Positions 45,135 to 51,194 of a DNA stretch of 51,194 nucleotides are shown piece by piece. The notes below the pieces were generated by a model. That model worked only from the letters and a program-made list of their open reading frames with translations. It did no database searches and was not told where the DNA came from. The position numbers and the translations under genes were made by a program. The DNA comes from a virus (Duplodnaviria > Caudoviricetes): positions 1 to 51,194 of IMG/VR virus record IMGVR_UViG_3300039210_000264; one strand, 5' to 3'. Position 1 is the first letter of the stretch; every line of letters starts with the position of its first letter.

Positions 45135-46649
45135 ATGCCGGAACAAGAACCCGCACAAGTAGCCAATACCCTATACTACGGCGACAACCTGCCTATCCTG
45201 AAAGAGCATATACGCACCGAGTCTGTAGACCTCGTATATCTCGACCCGCCCTTCAACTCGAACCGCAACTACAACGTCCTCTTCCGCGACGAGAGGGGCA
45301 CCGAGTCGGAGGCGCAGATCACAGCCTTCGAGGACACCTGGCACTGGGGAGAAGACGCCGAGCGCACCTACCACGACCTCGTGACCGGCGCGCCCGACCG
45401 CGTGTCAAAGATGATAGCCGCCCTGCGAGACTTCGTAGGCACTAATCAGATGATGGCCTACCTCGTGATGATGGCCGCCCGCCTGGTCGAGCTTCACCGC
45501 GTCCTAAAGCCTACGGGGAGCCTGTACCTCCACTGCGATCCCACGGCAAGCCACTACCTGAAGATAATGTTGGACGCGTTATTTGAGCCGATGAACTTTA
45601 GGAATGAAATCATTTGGAGCTATAAAAGGTACACAGCGAGCAGCAATAGGTTTCAGCGTCTCCATGACGACATCCTACTTTACGGCAAAGGTCAGCAGGT
45701 TACTTTCAATGACATTAGAGAAGAATATGGTGAGAAATCGGGCGTTGCTGACTCTCACTATAAGCAAGATGAAGATGGTCGTTGGTATCGTTGGCAGAAG
45801 CGACGGGGTCAGGAAGCGTATAAGGTTTATCTGTCAGAAGGCCGTCGTTTGGGTGACGTATGGGAGATACCAATCATCAATGCATCAGCGAAGGAACGAC
45901 TCGGCTACCCCACCCAAAAACCTCTCGCCCTCCTGGAGCGCATCATCGAGGCGAGCAGCAACCCCGGCGACGTCGTGCTCGACCCCTTCGCCGGGTGCGG
46001 AACGACCGTAGCCGCCGCTCAGAAGCTCGGCAGGCGCTGGATAGGCATAGACATCACCCATCTCTCCATCGCCCTCCTCAAATACCGTCTGGTGGCGATG
46101 TACCCCGGCATTACGTTCAAGGTGGTGGGTGAGCCGCCAGACATCGGTGCAGCTCGTCAGCTTGCGCAGGATGACCGCTACCAGTTCCAGTGGTGGGCGC
46201 TCTCACTCGTGCACGCCAAGCCCCTGGGCGGCCAGGAGGGGAGCAAAGAGGGCAAGAAGGGGTCTGACCGTGGCATAGACGGCGTGATCAACTTCTTCGA
46301 CGACAACACGGGCAAGCCCAGGCGCGTGCTGGTGCAGGTCAAGAGCGGGCACGTCAAGTCAGGCGATGTGCGCGACCTCCGGGGCACAGTCGAGCGAGAG
46401 GGCGCAGCTATGGGCGTCTTCATCACCCTCGAAGCCTTCACCAGCGAGATGAGCAGGGAGGCAGTCAGCACCGGCTACTACACGTCCGAGGGCTGGGGGA
46501 AAGACTACCCGCGCATCCAAATCCTCTCCATCGCCGACCTGCTCCGTGGTGCCGAGGTCAAGATGCCGCCCGCGTTCGGCACATTCAAGGAAGCGCAGCG
46601 TGTCAAGGCGCAGGGCCAGCAGTTGGGGTTCGGCGAACTGGACGATTAG
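45135..46649 (+). CDS. Beta-class N6A/N4C DNA methyltransferase fused to an Mrr-like PD-(D/E)xK domain
   Basis: YLDPPF, YPTQKP, LDPFAGCGTT; C-terminal DRGIDG...VQVKSG; AGGAGG RBS. Confidence 0.93.
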   Translation: MPEQEPAQVANTLYYGDNLPILKEHIRTESVDLVYLDPPFNSNRNYNVLFRDERGTESEAQITAFEDTWHWGEDAERTYHDLVTGAPDRVSKMIAALRDFVGTNQMMAYLVMMAARLVELHRVLKPTGSLYLHCDPTASHYLKIMLDALFEPMNFRNEIIWSYKRYTASSNRFQRLHDDILLYGKGQQVTFNDIREEYGEKSGVADSHYKQDEDGRWYRWQKRRGQEAYKVYLSEGRRLGDVWEIPIINASAKERLGYPTQKPLALLERIIEASSNPGDVVLDPFAGCGTTVAAAQKLGRRWIGIDITHLSIALLKYRLVAMYPGITFKVVGEPPDIGAARQLAQDDRYQFQWWALSLVHAKPLGGQEGSKEGKKGSDRGIDGVINFFDDNTGKPRRVLVQVKSGHVKSGDVRDLRGTVEREGAAMGVFITLEAFTSEMSREAVSTGYYTSEGWGKDYPRIQILSIADLLRGAEVKMPPAFGTFKEAQRVKAQGQQLGFGELDD

Positions 46650-46676
46650 AGGGGTACGCTAATATACTTGGCGCAC

Positions 46677-47579
46677 CTACGAAGCCAGCCAGGCCCCCAG
46701 CTCCACGTAACATTGCGGATCGCGCATAATCATGTTCGACCAACTTTGATCCACCCGGCCATTGCTCACGAACGGGCAGAAGCTCTTGATAGGCCCTGAC
46801 CACGGCTGAGCGGCCAGTAGGTCATACATCCGCATGACGGCCAGCATCCTCTGCACGTCTGTGAGCACCATTGACTTGACCGAGATCTCGTTTATCCACG
46901 CCTCCCCTTGTATGCGCTCCAATTCAATCCCCACGCGCCACAGGAGGCGGTTCTCGTCTTCGGGACTGGTATAGCTGTGGCAGTAAGCGTGCATACCGGC
47001 AGGCCCGCCGTTGTACACCTCGCCGCACGCTCTTGCCCAACTCTGCCGGCCAGGCTCCGGCGCGTCCCTCGGGGTCAGCCTTCGGTGCGACCAGCCAGGC
47101 GCGACCGTCACGATGCCCATCGGTGTGAGCAGTTTGCGCATCTCGCCGACCGCGTACTGGTGCAGCCACAAGCGCCCCTGCGGGAAGTTGGCCTCCGGTG
47201 CGTTCCCCCATTCGTGCCCATCGCCCCGCGTCAGGTCGTACTCTATCTCCGGCTCATTCCCCGCTATTGCAGCCTCGACCACCAACCCCGGCACATCCTG
47301 CCGGATCTCGCTGAGTTGCCGGGCGATCCGCGCGCGACCGTCTGCCGTGTAGTACGAGCCGTTCACATCTTGCTGGTTGCCCCGCGACGGCTCCTCGATG
47401 CGGAATATGACCGACACGCCCTCAGCAGCCAGCCGGTGCAACTGCTCCCGCCGGTTGTAACCGACCCCCAGGAACAACTGCACGCGATGGATGCCGCTTA
47501 CAGCACGATTGTTGTGGTCCTGTTCGGCCATTTCGTCAGGGAAGAAAAGACACCACGTACCCGATTTCTTTTGCACCAA
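46677..47579 (-). CDS. Glycoside hydrolase-like protein (clan GH-A TIM barrel)
   Basis: AGNEP (acid/base), GMHAY, WINE (nucleophile). Confidence 0.7.
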   Translation of the reverse strand: MVQKKSGTWCLFFPDEMAEQDHNNRAVSGIHRVQLFLGVGYNRREQLHRLAAEGVSVIFRIEEPSRGNQQDVNGSYYTADGRARIARQLSEIRQDVPGLVVEAAIAGNEPEIEYDLTRGDGHEWGNAPEANFPQGRLWLHQYAVGEMRKLLTPMGIVTVAPGWSHRRLTPRDAPEPGRQSWARACGEVYNGGPAGMHAYCHSYTSPEDENRLLWRVGIELERIQGEAWINEISVKSMVLTDVQRMLAVMRMYDLLAAQPWSGPIKSFCPFVSNGRVDQSWSNMIMRDPQCYVELGAWLAS

Positions 47580-47588
47580 AACACCCCT

Positions 47589-47604
47589 TATTCCACGTGA
47601 AATA
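47589..47604. promoter_or_regulatory. parS/NBS-hybrid site 2
   Basis: tattccacgtgaaata, 15/16; abuts the RBS of the glycoside hydrolase gene. Confidence 0.75.
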
Positions 47605-47608
47605 CGAA

Positions 47609-47986
47609 CTATGCCGCCCGCAGCTTGCCCTCAGCCTCGATAGCCACCGCCACGCGTCCCAGGTAAGCCGACGCGAGCGCGACCGCGGCCCGTTCCATCG
47701 AGGGCCACGCCTGCAATGAGAACGCGCCGAACGTGACCCAGCCATCAGCAACCTGACGGACAGATCCCACGTGCCGGTCAAACTCGCCGTCCGCTATGCC
47801 CACCAGGTAGAGCCGAGGATCGCCGCTGCGATACAGCACGATCTCGGTCCCTACCAGGTAGAGCCTGTGGTGAACGCATATCTTCACAGGCTCCTGCCAG
47901 GCCACTTCCAGCATGTGCCGCATGCCCAGCTGGCCTTTGTGCGGGAGTTTGGTTTTGCTCATTGCGGCGGTCAGCTTGTCCATCAC
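47609..47986 (-). CDS. Hypothetical protein
   Basis: GTGA overlap with the upstream gene. Confidence 0.65.
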   Translation of the reverse strand: MMDKLTAAMSKTKLPHKGQLGMRHMLEVAWQEPVKICVHHRLYLVGTEIVLYRSGDPRLYLVGIADGEFDRHVGSVRQVADGWVTFGAFSLQAWPSMERAAVALASAYLGRVAVAIEAEGKLRAA

Positions 47987-48222
47987 GCCGCCATTCCGGT
48001 CAACGCGATCCAGGTTGCCGCATCAAGCGATAGCAGCCACACCAGAAGCCGCGCGCGCTGGGGGCCTATGCCGTTAATTGGCGTGAGGTCTTTGGGTTGT
48101 ATGCCCTTGTCGTATCGCGCCACGAGCTCAGCGCGCGACGTGATATGCAAGATAGAGATGATGATCGGTATCTGCCAGGCGTGCTGGCCGGGCGGTAAAG
48201 TCGTTGAATTGGTTGTGTTCAT
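47983..48222 (-). CDS. Small helix-hairpin-helix protein
   Basis: DLTPINGIGPQRARLL; GGAGG RBS before MNTT. Confidence 0.65.
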   Translation of the reverse strand: MNTTNSTTLPPGQHAWQIPIIISILHITSRAELVARYDKGIQPKDLTPINGIGPQRARLLVWLLSLDAATWIALTGMAA

Positions 48223-48233
48223 TTCAGCCTCCA

Positions 48234-48249
48234 TATTTCACGTGAAATA
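48234..48249. promoter_or_regulatory. parS/NBS-hybrid site 3 (perfect palindrome)
   Basis: TATTTCACGTGAAATA within the 18-bp palindrome 48233-48250; overlapped by a second inverted repeat aaatatcaat-tg-attgatattt (48245-48266). Confidence 0.8.
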
Positions 48250-48293
48250 TCAATTGATTGATATTTAGCCATCTGGCAACCGTTGGCACTTGT

Positions 48294-48641
48294 TTAGCCC
48301 ATCAGAGGTTTCCACACCTTCAGGTAGAGGAATTGACTGCCGATCAGCACCTGTAGAGCAGCAAAGACTTTTTCGTACAGTGTCTCCCAGTCCCAGGCCG
48401 CGGCCCCGAGCGTGGCCTGTATTGCGTACACACCGATGATGATCACGAACGGCAGGGAATAGGCCAGCACCGTCTTCGCGAAGTCACCCAGCTCGACGTG
48501 CTTCCATCTCTGCCAGCCCCAGATGACCAGCCCGATGATGAACGCGGTAGCTGCTGACCAGCCCGCTTCGGTTGCCAGCCATGCCAGCAGCCCTAAGAAC
48601 GTCGAGGGGTCCGGATTTGCTAGTTGTTGAATTAGTCCCAT
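48294..48641 (-). CDS. Holin-like membrane protein
   Basis: 115 aa, about three TM segments, directly after the endolysin. Confidence 0.75.
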   Translation of the reverse strand: MGLIQQLANPDPSTFLGLLAWLATEAGWSAATAFIIGLVIWGWQRWKHVELGDFAKTVLAYSLPFVIIIGVYAIQATLGAAAWDWETLYEKVFAALQVLIGSQFLYLKVWKPLMG

Positions 48642-48704
48642 TGTCTTCTCTTGCCTCCTATTGGTATTTACTATTGGTAGTGGTTATTGGCCGATCCTGT
48701 AGAG

Positions 48705-49607
48705 CTACTTCGCCGCGCAATCGCATGTATGCCCGGCATCCGCCTTGTAAGCCTGTAACTCAGCGCCCACCAGTCCCCACATGACTACGGGCGTGCCCAA
48801 CTCGGTGTGATATTCCATTCGTGCGCGTTCAAAGTATTGTGTGGTGCCGGTCCAACTTCCCAGCGTCTCCTGCATTTCCGGCGTGATTGGATAGCCCACG
48901 TGCAACATGGCCATGTTGCTCCCGTCGAGCGGGATCTGCTCAAGCCTCTCCCACGCGCCCTTGAAGGCGTTGGAGATGTACTGCCCTGTTTCCTTGAAGA
49001 ACCGGTTGTTGGGCTGGGGATCCGGCAGCACCGCGCCCTTTCTGTAGAGCTGGGTGAAGTCCAGCATCTTGCCCGGGCAGGGGGTGTTGTTGCCGAAGTC
49101 CGGCCCGCCGCCGTAGATCTCGCCGCACTCTCCATGTCCGAAGACGTGCTCAGCCTTAGCCGGAATGTCGTACCTCGACGTGAGCCAGTCCAGCATAGCG
49201 GTCGAGCTGGCCAGCATCTCCGCCGTGGGCTGCTCCCCGTCGCCCAGCACGTGCACCACCGCGAGGCCATAGGGGTTGCCGTTGGTGGTGTTCCACAACA
49301 GCCGGTCCTCGTCGTTACACTGGTAGATCCGCCCGCTCTGGAAGATGGCGTAGGTGTACATAAGGGCGTACCCGTAGATGGGGTTGCCCTGGCTGTCGGT
49401 GCCCCAAACCTTGTTGATGTGGAAGTTCGCGTCGGCCACCAGGTGCGCGATCTCCTGCTCCTCTGTGGCCGAGGCCGCGAGCCGATCGGCACTGTAATGC
49501 ACGAAGATATAGAAGACGTGCGCAAGCGCGCGGAACATGGTGGCCAGTTGTGCGGTATGCGGCAGCTTCGCTCTCACGTCTATGATGTTAGGTCTCGATT
49601 TGCTCAT
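48705..49607 (-). CDS. Endolysin: Amidase_2 domain plus Chloroflexota-type wall-binding domain
   Basis: Zn ligands VHYS, FGH, TPCPG; C-terminal FFKETGQ.I..AFK..W...GYPIT.E...QYFERARMEYH. Confidence 0.9.
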   Translation of the reverse strand: MSKSRPNIIDVRAKLPHTAQLATMFRALAHVFYIFVHYSADRLAASATEEQEIAHLVADANFHINKVWGTDSQGNPIYGYALMYTYAIFQSGRIYQCNDEDRLLWNTTNGNPYGLAVVHVLGDGEQPTAEMLASSTAMLDWLTSRYDIPAKAEHVFGHGECGEIYGGGPDFGNNTPCPGKMLDFTQLYRKGAVLPDPQPNNRFFKETGQYISNAFKGAWERLEQIPLDGSNMAMLHVGYPITPEMQETLGSWTGTTQYFERARMEYHTELGTPVVMWGLVGAELQAYKADAGHTCDCAAK

Positions 49608-49948
49608 GGCTTTGGCCCTCCGTTCTGCGCGTCTGTTATTCTCTGTACACCCAACGCAGCCACGCTCCTCTGGTACTTGTTGACCGACCTCAATATTGGT
49701 TTGCTGGCTAGCATAGCCTCAATCGCGCTGTGAACGTTTTCGTGCGCATTAGAGCATAGGGCTTGTGTGCGATTGTCCAGCACGGCTCCCCATATCCTGT
49801 TTTGATATTGTTTCGGAAATATGTGGTGAAGTTCACATATTACAGGCGTCGGGCAGTGTCGCTTTACGCAAATACACGGGTGCGTCTTGAACGGTATCTC
49901 CGGCCCGACCCCAAGTTCTATTCCTATGTCTTTTATCGGAACTGTCAC
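49604..49948 (-). CDS. Small HNH-like protein
   Basis: ELHHIFP...NRTQALCSNAHENVH. Confidence 0.7.
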   Translation of the reverse strand: MTVPIKDIGIELGVGPEIPFKTHPCICVKRHCPTPVICELHHIFPKQYQNRIWGAVLDNRTQALCSNAHENVHSAIEAMLASKPILRSVNKYQRSVAALGVQRITDAQNGGPKP

Positions 49949-49949
49949 C

Positions 49950-50375
49950 TTATTTCTCCTCCCATGCTCGCGCTTGTGTCCGGCCTTCTCCCACGAAATG
50001 CGCCGCTACTGCTGTTTCGTATCCCACTTCGATTAGCTTTTCTGCCTCGTGGCGTTGGCGATCAACGCTCTGGCTGCAATCCACCTGCAGCATCCTCACA
50101 GGCTTCATCCACGCGCGTTCCACAGGGTCGTAGAGGGACACGAGTGCCCTATGCCCGATAGTGGCGCAATAGGGTGCTGAGTAGTACCCCACAACGCCCC
50201 GTAGATCGTCCTGCGTGATTAGCCCTTGCCTCAAGCGCACCTCTATCACTCTCTGCATGAGGCCGTCCGAATAATAGAGCGCCCGATGTATTGTGTAGCC
50301 CTGAGTAGACATGGGCAGTGGCGTTGGCGTTGGCAGTAAGGCCACGATTAGACTGAGCAGGACGAACGGGTTCAT
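49950..50375 (-). CDS. Secreted RlpA/3D-like double-psi beta-barrel protein (putative lytic transglycosylase)
   Basis: Signal-like N-terminus, PTPTP linker, ALYY..G...IGHRALV...QVDC...IEVGYETA. Confidence 0.6.
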   Translation of the reverse strand: MNPFVLLSLIVALLPTPTPLPMSTQGYTIHRALYYSDGLMQRVIEVRLRQGLITQDDLRGVVGYYSAPYCATIGHRALVSLYDPVERAWMKPVRMLQVDCSQSVDRQRHEAEKLIEVGYETAVAAHFVGEGRTQARAWEEK

Positions 50376-50923
50376 CTTGTTTTCCCTTCACCAGCCTCGG
50401 ACCCGCCAGTTCCTGTGTCGCTTGAAAACGCAACGTGTTCATGCACTTCATGTTCTGGCGGAGGGGCGACGGGTGAGGAAGTGGTTACAGTCGTTACCGT
50501 TTGCGTATCAGATGATGCCGCAAGCGCGTCATCCCTTCCTTGCTGGATAGCCATCTGAGCAAGTTTCCCTCTCTGCTCAGAGTCACTCCGCGTCAGGTCT
50601 ACCATCTCGGTCATGCGCCCATCAATCTGCTTCTTTATTTCCGCCACCTTCACCGTTGCTTCGGTCGCTTGCGCCGTCGCCTCAATCGCGTGGTCGGAAG
50701 CCTGCCCCGCCTTTCTCGCGGCTTCCAACGCTGCGAGTTGGGTGAAGAATTGTGGAACGATTAGCCCCAACGCCGCAAAAAGGATCGGGATAATAAGCAC
50801 AGCATCCTTACTGTCCCATATGGCAATTGCTACCGCAGCCGCTGCGAAGAACACCACAATCCCCGTAACCGATAGCACGATAGTGTTCATTCCATTCTTG
50901 TTGCCGTTAGTCCCATTAGCCAT
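50372..50923 (-). CDS. Two-TM plus coiled-coil membrane protein (second holin/antiholin candidate)
   Basis: Two hydrophobic helices then ..IKKQIDGRM; first gene of the lysis region. Confidence 0.65.
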   Translation of the reverse strand: MANGTNGNKNGMNTIVLSVTGIVVFFAAAAVAIAIWDSKDAVLIIPILFAALGLIVPQFFTQLAALEAARKAGQASDHAIEATAQATEATVKVAEIKKQIDGRMTEMVDLTRSDSEQRGKLAQMAIQQGRDDALAASSDTQTVTTVTTSSPVAPPPEHEVHEHVAFSSDTGTGGSEAGEGKTR

Positions 50924-50975
50924 TTCATACTCCTTTTGTGTACCTCTACTTCTTATTGCCCACAGCCACGCCGTC

Positions 50976-51194
50976 CTAGCCTGGTTTGGCCCGCACGACG
51001 AGCTGCCCGCCCTTCCCGATAGCCATTGGCTGTGTATCGCCCGTCTTGACGAGCGAGATGTCGTACCGCCCCGTGTAGGGCGCTCTCAGTGTGGCCGTAC
51101 CTGCCGCCAAAGGCTCGAACCGCACCTTTTGTCCCACACCAGTCGCGACAACCACCAACCCCACTAGCGTATATGGCGTGTTATCAGCCAGCAC
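50976..51194 (-). CDS. 3' part of the origin-spanning gene that starts at 606
   Basis: Same frame as 606->1 through the 98-bp overlap. Confidence 0.8.
   Translation of the reverse strand: MLADNTPYTLVGLVVVATGVGQKVRFEPLAAGTATLRAPYTGRYDISLVKTGDTQPMAIGKGGQLVVRAKPG
51096..51193. repeat. Terminal overlap, right copy
   Basis: Identical to 1-98. Confidence 0.95.

Noticed and set aside
48233-48266. Protelomerase (telRL) site of a linear plasmid prophage
   Set aside because: The palindrome is only 18 bp, no protelomerase gene is present, and an integrase with attP exists.

Overview
The window is one apparently complete, circularly closed ~51.1 kb temperate siphovirus genome. Positions 1-98 repeat at 51096-51193 and one gene runs across the join. 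The host is most likely a Chloroflexota bacterium, judged from the endolysin C-terminal domain. Most genes are on the minus strand: an early/replication operon (RHH regulator, RecT/Bet, ParB-like protein, two replication-initiator-like genes, ASCH, RusA), packaging and head (TerS, TerL, DUF935 portal, protease, gpE-type capsid), tail (tube, frameshifted chaperone, tape measure, 1895-aa tip protein, beta-helix spike with a 60-bp repeat array) and a multi-enzyme lysis region. The plus strand carries the repressor, integrase and a DNA methyltransferase-Mrr fusion. The most notable signal is an orphan ParB/Noc-family protein with no ParA. Its HTH carries a hybrid specificity code (Noc-like Q, ParB-like G), and the genome holds three copies of the predicted hybrid palindrome TATTTCACGTGAAATA, each placed just upstream of a ribosome-binding site. 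Other points of interest are a structured RNA inside the predicted attP, an acr-aca-like accessory operon with repeated intergenic hairpins, and terminator-containing leaders ahead of the late operons. All family assignments come from motif recognition by eye; no database searches were run.
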